NCBI GenBank assembly: GCA_011773515.1 | Contig: WVXK01000062.1 | Location: forward strand, 164,928-228,927 | DNA: 64,000 bases | Reading direction: 5' to 3' | Source: Deltaproteobacteria bacterium | GTDB lineage: Bacteria; Desulfobacterota; Deferrimicrobia; J040 | Shown here: positions 56,403 to 64,000 of the stretch, piece by piece | Position numbering within the stretch: position 1 is the stretch's first letter | Layout: every line of letters begins with the position of its first letter | Program-made: the position numbers and the translations under genes | The notes under the pieces: generated by a model | The model's database searches: none | Told to the model about the DNA's origin: nothing | Seen by the model: the letters and a program-made list of their open reading frames with translations, nothing else

Positions 56403-57125
56403 ATCACTGGGGAAGAGAGATGCGGGGGGGGGAAGCTCCAGGCGGGGATGGATATCAATAAATACCCTGACAAGGTCAGGGTCAAACTGGGAGCCGCTGC
56501 AATTGCTTTTCTCCGCAAGAGCCCTTTCCGGCAAAAGAGCGCTCCGGTATGCCCTGCTCGAGGTCGTTGCATCGCAGGTATCGGCGATGGCGAGCACTCT
56601 TGCTTCCAGGGGAATCGTCCCTCCCCTCAGGCCGGAAGGATATCCCTTCCCGTCATACCTTTCATGATGATGCATTATGATGGGGAACACGTTTTTCAGG
56701 GATTCGATGGTGTGCATGAGGATCCTGAAATTTACCGGTTTGAAAATATAATCCGAGGCGCCCAGTTTCATCGCATCGACAGCAGTTTCAATGTCACCCT
56801 TGCCGGACATGATCACCGTGGCGAGGTTACGGTTTTCCCTGGCCTTTCCGAGGAGCTGGGGACCGTTCAGGGCAGGCATGTTCAGATCGGTCAGAAGGAG
56901 ATCGAAGGTGCCGGAACTGAGCATCGTAAGAGCCCTCTCACCGTTTTCCGCCTCCTCCACCGTATATCCCTCGATTCTTAGCCTCTCGCTTACAAGCTCC
57001 CTTATCACCTTCTCGTCATCTGCGACGAGAATTCAAAAAGCGGAGGGATCGATATCGAGTCCCGCGTGGCCCTTTGCGTCCTTTCGACCAAACGTTCCCT
57101 GTGGCAATTTTCTGAAAGCGAGCAC
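56316..57125 (-). pseudogene. Degraded REC + HD-GYP response regulator
   Basis: AAGGAG SD and GTG at 57125; in-frame TGA (57033-57035) just before ILVADDE; REC domain joined directly to HHERYDGKGYP with the HD half missing. Confidence 0.75.
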
Positions 57126-57171
57126 ATTCTCTCCTTTCAGGCTTTCGTAAACTCTCAAAAAATTTCGGAAG

Positions 57172-58218
57172 TTATACGTTGAACCTTACCGTGACGATAT
57201 CGCCATCCTCCACGATATAGTCCTTCCCCTCGACCCGAACCCTGCCGGCTGCCTTTGCCCGGGCCATATCGTTAAACTGAACGAATTCCTTAAAAGGTAT
57301 CACCTCGGCCCTGATGAATCCACGCTCCATATCGCTGTGGATCCTGCCCGCGGCCTCACGCGCAGAAGCCCCCCTCACAATACTCCATGACCTCACTTCG
57401 TTGGGGTTTACCGTCAGGAAGGTTATCAGGTTGAGAAGGCGGTAGGCGCTTTTTACGATGCCGTGCCCCATGACCCCCTCGATACCGACTTCACGCATGA
57501 ACATCTCCCTGTCATCGGGATCCAGGCACATAATCTCCTCCTCGAGCTTCGCGCAGACAAGGACGGCGTCGACTCCACGCCTCTCTATTTTTTCCACTTC
57601 TCTTTTCAAAGATTCATTCTCCAGGTCATCTTCGCCCGCGTTGACAACGGCTATGATTGGAATTTCACTCAATAAACTGAAGCCCGAGACCATCTTTTTT
57701 TCATCCTCCCTGAGTTCCATATCCCTCACTGGCCTGCCCGATTCGAGGTTTGCGGCAAGGTCCTGCATGAGCTCCCGTTCGCGGCTTTTTTTGCCCTCTT
57801 TCAGGAGGCGCTCGAGCCTCTTCTGGATCACCAGGTAATCTGCAAGACATAGGTCCGTTTCTATCTCACGACAAGATTCGAGGACACCTTCAGAAGGGGA
57901 TAGCTCATCGGGGGTCTTGGAGAGAAAAAGAGGTATGAGGAGAAGCAAAACATCACAACCGCGAAGGGAAGAAACGTTCTGGCCGTCTATCAGGGACTCG
58001 CTTCCCGGTTGGATCTCCAGGAGCGTCACTGTCTGGTAAACTTTTTTTTTGGGTTTGCATATTTTCTCGAGATAGTCGACCCGCTCATCGGGAACGCTTA
58101 CCACGAAAGGGCTCTTTCTCGCCCTCGTGTCGTCCATCTCATAGCCGAACCCGGCAACGAGGGCACCAAGGAGCGTGCTCTTCCCCGACAGGGGTCCACC
58201 GAAAATCCCGATCTTCAC
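57172..58218 (-). CDS. ychF: YchF/OLA1 family ATPase (divergent)
   Basis: GPLSGKST, VPDERVD, LITFLT, AAGRIHSDMERGFIRAEV, EGKDYIVEDGD. Confidence 0.85.
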   Translation of the reverse strand: MKIGIFGGPLSGKSTLLGALVAGFGYEMDDTRARKSPFVVSVPDERVDYLEKICKPKKKVYQTVTLLEIQPGSESLIDGQNVSSLRGCDVLLLLIPLFLSKTPDELSPSEGVLESCREIETDLCLADYLVIQKRLERLLKEGKKSRERELMQDLAANLESGRPVRDMELREDEKKMVSGFSLLSEIPIIAVVNAGEDDLENESLKREVEKIERRGVDAVLVCAKLEEEIMCLDPDDREMFMREVGIEGVMGHGIVKSAYRLLNLITFLTVNPNEVRSWSIVRGASAREAAGRIHSDMERGFIRAEVIPFKEFVQFNDMARAKAAGRVRVEGKDYIVEDGDIVTVRFNV

Positions 58219-58247
58219 CCAGCCCCCCGACGTTTCGCCATGGAAAT

Positions 58248-59075
58248 CTATTCGCTTACATCTATGCCCTGGAAGAGGTCGCTTTCGGGAAACGATGGCG
58301 TTTCAACACCCGCCACGTCAGCCAGGATGTAATACTCCCTCTTCGTAAACTCCCGGTAATTGGGCCTCGAGAGGATCCTCTCGATATCCTTGATCTGGGT
58401 CTTGTGGCAGTGAAAAGCCTTGATCTTTTTGTCCACGTAATCCGAGGTATCGATAACCGTGGTGATATCCTCCATGGGGACCCCGCTCAGGTCGATGTTG
58501 CGCTCCTTCAAAAATCTCTCCGGAATCTCGAAATGGTAGAGCTTCCTCGCCTGCCAGGGAGGAAGGTTCCCATTCTGGCGGTGTTCCGGGCAATAATCGC
58601 TCTCTGCCGATTTCCTGAAGCAAAGCCGCGATACTTCCGACATCATGATATGATCCGGGTGGCCCGAAACTCCGGTGGGCCCGAAGCTTATGATAACATG
58701 AGGCCTGTACTTCCTTACTGCATATACGGCCCTCTCGATGATCGATGCCACGGGGGTTTCCTCCAGCTTTCCATCTATGAAACCCATAAAGAATATCTCC
58801 TTGATGCCCAGTGTCCTGGCAGCACACGCAAGTTCCAGGGCCCTGACCTCCCCCACGTTGTCCCGGGTGGCAACGGGAGGGTCACCGAGCATTCCCGCTT
58901 CCCCCTTTGTAGCCGTGGCGAGAAACATCTCATACCCGAGATCAGCGTACTTTGCGATGGTCCCTCCCGGCCCGAATGTCTCATCGTCAGGGTGTGCGAG
59001 CATACACAGAACTCTCCCCCCGGGGGTTTTTATCCTCCCCGCCGAATTAATGCCGGAATTTCTAAAATAGTTCAT
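58248..59075 (-). CDS. PIG-L/LmbE family deacetylase
   Basis: AHPDDE, ATKGEAG, GHPDH, CHKTQ. Confidence 0.88.
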   Translation of the reverse strand: MNYFRNSGINSAGRIKTPGGRVLCMLAHPDDETFGPGGTIAKYADLGYEMFLATATKGEAGMLGDPPVATRDNVGEVRALELACAARTLGIKEIFFMGFIDGKLEETPVASIIERAVYAVRKYRPHVIISFGPTGVSGHPDHIMMSEVSRLCFRKSAESDYCPEHRQNGNLPPWQARKLYHFEIPERFLKERNIDLSGVPMEDITTVIDTSDYVDKKIKAFHCHKTQIKDIERILSRPNYREFTKREYYILADVAGVETPSFPESDLFQGIDVSE

Positions 59076-59167
59076 TTTGTTTACCTCTTCGTATTATATT
59101 CGCAATCAGAGAAGGCATGAAGATAAATATAGATGTACCTGCATCCGATAACTCCTATACTGGTTAG

Positions 59168-60340
59168 ATGACGGATCGGGCAAAAAGGGTCATGAAAAAA
59201 ACAGCCTTAATACTCAGCGGCGGGGGGATAACCGGGGGCATCTACGAGCTCGGGGCCATGTCGGCATTCAACGATATCATCACGGGCGGAAAGAGACCCA
59301 CGGATTTTGACATCTTCATCGGCATATCGGCCGGCTCAATCCTTGCCGCGATGCTCGCAAACGGCATAACGCCAAAACTCATGTACCGTTCCATCCTGGG
59401 CCCGAAGACGAGCCCTTTTTTCATGAAACAGGAGGATATCTATTCATTCCCCCTCCGTGAATATCTCAGTGGTTTCGGCAAGTTTCTTTTCTCATTCCCC
59501 CAGATATTTCGTTCCATGAAGCGTGACCAGAGAAAGGTAAACGCCGTGAGTTTTCTGTCGGCACTCGAATCGTGCTTGCCCCCGGGGGTCTTCTCGAACA
59601 AAAACCTGGAATCGTATATGGAGAGGATCCTGACCCTCCCCGGAAATACCAGCGATTTCAGCAATCTGGAAAAGGAGCTCTACATAGTGGCTGTCGAGCT
59701 CGACAGGGGGGAGCGCTGGGTCTTCGGCGAGGAAGGAAAGAAGAAAATCCCCATTCCGGCTGCGATCCGCGCCTCCACGGCCATTCCGGGGTACTTCTCA
59801 CCCGTTGAGATCAACGGCCACTTCTTCATCGACGGCGCTGCGGAAAGATCGGGCCATATCGACATCGCGATCAACCGCGGTGCTGACCTCATCGTTATCA
59901 TCAACCCCGTGGTCCCCGTTTACAATGACAAGACAGTCGTCTCGATTCCCACCTTCACCGGTTGCTGCAGATCAATAGCGGAATCGGGGATTTCAAATGT
60001 TACGGAACAGTCATTTAGAATCAACAGCAGGGTCAAGCTCGACCTGGGACTCTCCCTCCTTGCCAGGGCACACCCCGACGTGGACATCATCCTCATAGAG
60101 CCGGGACAGCTTGAATCTGCCCTCTTCCTCTACGGAAGCATGAACTATTCCGAGAGGATACAGATTCTCAACTACGGGTACAACTCCGCATCGGTATTTT
60201 TCCTGGAGCATTTCGACAAACTCGCGCCCTGTTTCAGCAAACATGGCTTCGAGGTTTCCCTTGACAGCCTGAAGATGGACAAGTTTCTCTACTACGCCAC
60301 AAAAATGAAAACGAGAAAAAGGTTTTCACTCAACTTGTAA
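59168..60340 (+). CDS. Patatin-like phospholipase/esterase
   Basis: LSGGG, GISAG nucleophile, ASTAIPGYF, IDGA. Confidence 0.88.
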   Translation: MTDRAKRVMKKTALILSGGGITGGIYELGAMSAFNDIITGGKRPTDFDIFIGISAGSILAAMLANGITPKLMYRSILGPKTSPFFMKQEDIYSFPLREYLSGFGKFLFSFPQIFRSMKRDQRKVNAVSFLSALESCLPPGVFSNKNLESYMERILTLPGNTSDFSNLEKELYIVAVELDRGERWVFGEEGKKKIPIPAAIRASTAIPGYFSPVEINGHFFIDGAAERSGHIDIAINRGADLIVIINPVVPVYNDKTVVSIPTFTGCCRSIAESGISNVTEQSFRINSRVKLDLGLSLLARAHPDVDIILIEPGQLESALFLYGSMNYSERIQILNYGYNSASVFFLEHFDKLAPCFSKHGFEVSLDSLKMDKFLYYATKMKTRKRFSLNL

Positions 60341-60353
60341 TATGCCCAAATTT

Positions 60354-60445
60354 TGTGCATATTGAATAAAGTATCCCCTCAGTGCTATTTTTGAGCGGGA
60401 ATGCACAGCTTTATTCACAGAATTTTCCACACATTCTGTGGAATC
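60354..60445. promoter_or_regulatory. Cluster of DnaA-box-like 9-mers
   Basis: TTATTCACA (60411) and TTTTCCACA (60423) fit TTWTNCACA; near-matches at 60399, 60354 (reverse) and 60437 (reverse). Confidence 0.5.
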
Positions 60446-60465
60446 ATCACCGGGGGGGGGGAGAA

Positions 60466-61167
60466 ATGAACGGCAGGACAAGCTTCCTGAAATTCCTCGA
60501 GGTGCTCGTCAATGAAGACGAGAGAACGAGGGTTTTCAAGGAATATATCGAACATAAAACAGATTACTCAGTCTACATTGAAAAAATCGGAATCCCCGGG
60601 ATATCTGACTCCTTTGAGTTTCACAACGTCAAGCTGACCTCCCCCGATAAAAAAGTCAGAATCAACTCGGAAATAATCAAGTTGAATTCAACCCAGCTGT
60701 CATCCCTTCTCGCAGCCGGCAAAATGATACTGAATTCGACAAGCGATATCCCCGTGGAGGTCGTGGAAGGTTACGGGGTATTCATATCCGTCGGGCCCGA
60801 AGACAAACCCACCCTCGAGATCTTCTCGCGGAGAGCGCTATTTCGCGGTATCGAGTTCAAGATAAAATATGATAGCACCACCAAGGAGCCGGAATTTACC
60901 GGAACGCTTTCCTCAACAGACATGGACGCTGAAATTTCCCTCAACTACGGGGGCATCGAGATACCAACCGCTGCGGGCACCGCAGACCTGACATTCAACC
61001 TGAAAACACTCACGGGGAAGGCAGACATACGCATTTCCGGAAAAAAGGAGACCAAAAACGCGGAGGACAGGAAACCCAAGAAAGAGAAGAAGAAGGAAAA
61101 CGTTACCCTCGAAGATCTTTCTCTCAATCTGAGTTTCGATTTTACCCTCTTCCCCTATTCCCTTTAG
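60466..61167 (+). CDS. Hypothetical beta-rich protein
   Basis: 233-aa ORF from the ATG after the G10 tract; no recognised motif. Confidence 0.6.
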   Translation: MNGRTSFLKFLEVLVNEDERTRVFKEYIEHKTDYSVYIEKIGIPGISDSFEFHNVKLTSPDKKVRINSEIIKLNSTQLSSLLAAGKMILNSTSDIPVEVVEGYGVFISVGPEDKPTLEIFSRRALFRGIEFKIKYDSTTKEPEFTGTLSSTDMDAEISLNYGGIEIPTAAGTADLTFNLKTLTGKADIRISGKKETKNAEDRKPKKEKKKENVTLEDLSLNLSFDFTLFPYSL

Positions 61168-61282
61168 AGCGGCCTGACATCATAATAGAGCGAAGGAATA
61201 TTTTGCGCTTGCGGCTTTATTATTTTGACACCGGAAAAATAATGGGGTACAAATCTTGTAAACAAACCCGCACAGTTCAGAG

Positions 61283-62140
61283 ATGAAAAGGATTTCGACA
61301 CTCATTCTTTTTGCGGCCTTGCTTTTCCTGGGCATTTCCAGGCAGCCCTTCGCTGCCGATCAGGAGGAGATATCCATCCTCGTGGACGGGCTGCCGCTTG
61401 ATGCCAGGGGGCTCAAAGTAAACAGGGAGCCCTACGTGCCGGCATGGATCCTGGAAAACTACGGTAACACGAGGATCATGTGGAAACCGGGAGACTCCAT
61501 ACTCGAGATCAATACCTTCGAACCGGAAAGTGCCATTTCCAAGATGGAAGGAACCATGCGCATAAGAATCGGATTTTACTCAAAGGAAGAAGGGTTCATC
61601 GCCGGGAAGAACACACCGGTGCACATACTCAACATCAACCCTGCCAGTCTCGAGTTTGAAAGCGGAGCCAGCCTTCACCAGAGGGCGCACCAGTCCACCA
61701 TTTCCCGCCTTCAAATTGCAGATGAAAAGGTCCTGAAATATCTGGACCTCTCACCCCCGGAGCGATACCACCATGAAGGACTGGAAATAATCTCCCAGAT
61801 GGAAAGGAACTCTATCCTCGGCCTCGACAGTATCATCGCGCGGTATGAAAGCCTCTACGGGGAATTTTACTACGACCTTCTTTCGACGCTCGTGTTCGAA
61901 AAGGAAAAAGAGATCAGCGAGTCACCGACCATATCTGTCGAGCTGAAGGAATTATCAATCACAAAGGTGGATACAGATGATGCGGGACACGGGTCTATAA
62001 CGCTGCGAAACGGGACTCACTTCGTGTTCTGCAGGATGCACCACAAGGGGAAACTCATCATCTGGAACCTCCCCGTGACGATAACGGGCAGCGACATATC
62101 TCTCGAACTCACCAACAGGAACGTAACCTTCGTGAAATAA
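61283..62140 (+). CDS. Exported hypothetical protein
   Basis: Signal peptide ending PFAA; N-terminal ILVDG...PYVP resembles copper-amine-oxidase-N stalk domains; TTGACA at 61225 upstream. Confidence 0.65.
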   Translation: MKRISTLILFAALLFLGISRQPFAADQEEISILVDGLPLDARGLKVNREPYVPAWILENYGNTRIMWKPGDSILEINTFEPESAISKMEGTMRIRIGFYSKEEGFIAGKNTPVHILNINPASLEFESGASLHQRAHQSTISRLQIADEKVLKYLDLSPPERYHHEGLEIISQMERNSILGLDSIIARYESLYGEFYYDLLSTLVFEKEKEISESPTISVELKELSITKVDTDDAGHGSITLRNGTHFVFCRMHHKGKLIIWNLPVTITGSDISLELTNRNVTFVK

Positions 62141-62376
62141 CCATACTTTTGTTATCTCTGCCATTTTTTGTTCTCCCTGTCCGTGCGGCGAAACATCCCC
62201 GAGGAGGAAACACCGAGCATCAGAAGCTTCAACGGTGGACCTGAAACTGTTAACTTCCTTCATCGTAACGCGGAAAACTCAGAGTTCAATGAGAGCATTG
62301 AAGCAGATACGAAACCCTGAAGCTTTCGACTTTCGGGTTTCAAAGCATGATCTGGAAACGGTGAACTCTCTTCGTC

Positions 62377-63807
62377 TTACTTCATCACCCTCTGCCTGGC
62401 AAAGTGATACAATCTCAACCATTCAGCATAATAAGCTTCTGCATCGACGGGGCCCTTTCCCTTCACAGGATGGAAATTGCCCTTTCTGGCCGGGACCATC
62501 TCACCTGCGGCGAGGAACCGCCCGGAAAGAGCGGCACCGATCCCGGTCATTTCCGGTATCCTGGGCTGGTACACGCGCTTCCCGAGCAGATCTTTGAGAA
62601 AACTCGACACGCCGTCTATCGAGGTGATGCCCCCGGATACCACATACTCCCCTGCATCCCATCCACCACGGGCCATCGCCTCGTCTATCAAACGAAAGTA
62701 ACAGAGGGAGCCGAGAAGGGAGGAAGCGAGGATTTTCTTCCTGTGGGCACCGCTACCTATCCCCGATACCGCCGCATGGAAAGGCGGGTCCCAGAGTGGC
62801 GCGCCGGTACCCCTTCCCCCGAACACCACGGCGGGGTAAACACCCCTTTTGATCTCCTTTTCCCTGAACCGTGTTCCCATCAGCTCTTCAAAGAAACCGA
62901 GGGTATCGGAAACGGCGTTGACGGTTCCCTCGAGTAGATAAAAGGATTTCCCGCCGATGCTGTGGCTCAGGGTTACGATCAGGCCGCCTGGCATTTTCGG
63001 TAATTCCCCGACTGGAACGAGGAGAAACCCCCCCGTCCCGAGGTTTATGAGCCCCCTCCCCGTTCTCCAACCCGTCGAACCGCATAAGGCCGCCTGCTGG
63101 TCCCCCGTCGAGGAGAGGATGGGGATGCTCGACCCTTTCACCGAAATGTGGCCGAAATCGCTCACCGTATCTTTGATCTCGGGGAGCCTGACATTGCCGG
63201 GAACGGAAAAGCAGCGCAGAAGCTCCTCAGAATAGTCCAGGCCGTGTATATCGAAAAGAAGTGTCCGCTGGGCATTTGCCGGGTCCGTCGCGAAAACCTT
63301 CCCTCCCGTCAGGGCAAATATCAGGAAGGTGTTCACCGTCCCGAAGCGCACGGTTCCGCGACCAGGCGGGGCATGCTGTTCAAGTTTCAGGGCACTGTAA
63401 TAGGGCGTGAGGGGCAGGCCCGATATCTGCCTTATTTTTTCCTCCCGAGAGAGCAACGCAGGGATTCTCTCTGCACCCGAGGTATCTCTCCAGGATATTA
63501 TGGGGGTAAGGGGTTGCGCGCTCTCGTCGAAAAAGAGAAAGGAGCTGCGCTGCGTGGCGATGCCCGCGCCGCGGACGGTTATATCACCCTTGCGTGCAAA
63601 GGAAACCGCCTCGGATATGGCAGACCTGACGGACCGAAGGAGCGCCTTCGGGTCCTGGTGGACCGCGCTTCCCGAAACCTTCGTCTTTACCATCTTTCGC
63701 GAGGAAAAAAGCAGCTCTCCTTTTGCGGAAACCAGGAGAGCCTTCGTGGCCGTGCTGCCCTGGTCGATCCCCAGGTATGCAACTTTTTTCCCCGGCGTCT
63801 TCTCCAT
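62377..63807 (-). CDS. FGGY-family carbohydrate kinase (glycerol kinase-like, divergent)
   Basis: GIDQGSTATK, ATQRSS, ISWRD, TDPANAQRT, GDQQAA, NLGTGGF, LEG. Confidence 0.85.
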   Translation of the reverse strand: MEKTPGKKVAYLGIDQGSTATKALLVSAKGELLFSSRKMVKTKVSGSAVHQDPKALLRSVRSAISEAVSFARKGDITVRGAGIATQRSSFLFFDESAQPLTPIISWRDTSGAERIPALLSREEKIRQISGLPLTPYYSALKLEQHAPPGRGTVRFGTVNTFLIFALTGGKVFATDPANAQRTLLFDIHGLDYSEELLRCFSVPGNVRLPEIKDTVSDFGHISVKGSSIPILSSTGDQQAALCGSTGWRTGRGLINLGTGGFLLVPVGELPKMPGGLIVTLSHSIGGKSFYLLEGTVNAVSDTLGFFEELMGTRFREKEIKRGVYPAVVFGGRGTGAPLWDPPFHAAVSGIGSGAHRKKILASSLLGSLCYFRLIDEAMARGGWDAGEYVVSGGITSIDGVSSFLKDLLGKRVYQPRIPEMTGIGAALSGRFLAAGEMVPARKGNFHPVKGKGPVDAEAYYAEWLRLYHFARQRVMK

Positions 63808-63882
63808 TCATAAGGATTATACAACTTGAAAATGTACACGAAAAATATTACGATGAAATCCTCACGATCTTTTACACATAAC

Positions 63883-63970
63883 GCCGAAGTGGTGGAATTT
63901 GGTAGACACGCCATCTTGAGGGGGTGGTGGGCTAAAACCCGTGCGGGTTCGAATCCCGCCTTCGGCACCA
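63883..63970 (+). tRNA. tRNA-Leu(GAG)
   Basis: Acceptor GCCGAAG/CTTCGGC, anticodon arm CCATC-TTGAGGG-GGTGG, long variable arm, GGTTCGAATCC, encoded CCA; TTGAAA-17-TACGAT promoter at 63826-63854. Confidence 0.96.
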
Positions 63971-64000
63971 GAAAAACAATTCAAGCCGGCTGTCGCCGGC

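Noticed and set aside
57050..57110. Minus-strand GAAAGGACGCAAAG resembling the c-di-GMP-I riboswitch core, upstream of an HD-GYP remnant
   Set aside because: The GGCAAAC-stem-GAAA arrangement and the second stem are missing, and the stretch reads as in-frame coding sequence after a good SD-GTG. An Rfam scan would settle it.
63883..64000. tRNA-Leu as a possible integration site
   Set aside because: No integrase and no duplicate of the tRNA 3' end noticed in the window; the downstream sequence looks like the start of a terminator hairpin cut by the window edge.
1..64000. CRISPR arrays, IS elements, prophage and defence genes
   Set aside because: No regularly spaced repeats, transposase, integrase, phage or nuclease motifs found by eye.

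Overview
Gene-dense chromosomal segment of a Gram-negative, probably anaerobic bacterium. The gene repertoire suggests a deltaproteobacterium/Desulfobacterota-like organism (inference). It holds about 63 CDS, mostly on the minus strand, one pseudogene and a tRNA-Leu(GAG) at the right end. I saw no CRISPR array, rRNA, integrase or transposase. The housekeeping background is lapB, comF, rfaE2, mltD, dciA, tsaC, purE/purH, mlaEFD, alr, cysS, iscS/iscU, nfuA, trmO, fadD, ade, uppP, PMM/PGM and ychF. Best candidates for undescribed biology: (1) a translationally coupled four-gene AmmeMemoRadiSam operon whose radical SAM enzyme has a twin-arginine leader and whose MEMO1-AMMECR1 fusion has a Sec-like leader, together with a DUF362 protein and a membrane-embedded, motif-degenerate spermidine-synthase-like protein; (2) a minimal iscS-iscU operon bracketed by two paralogous half-ferritin hairpin proteins; (3) a catalytically degenerate PilB/GspE-like ATPase abutting a tetraheme cytochrome with a choice-of-anchor-X-like tail; (4) a dispersed AcuABC-like acetylation circuit with a GNAT-like unknown protein and a P-loop-degenerate acyl-CoA ligase; (5) a DnaA-box-like cluster away from any dnaA gene. 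All family calls come from motif recognition by eye, with no database search. Several start codons are uncertain.
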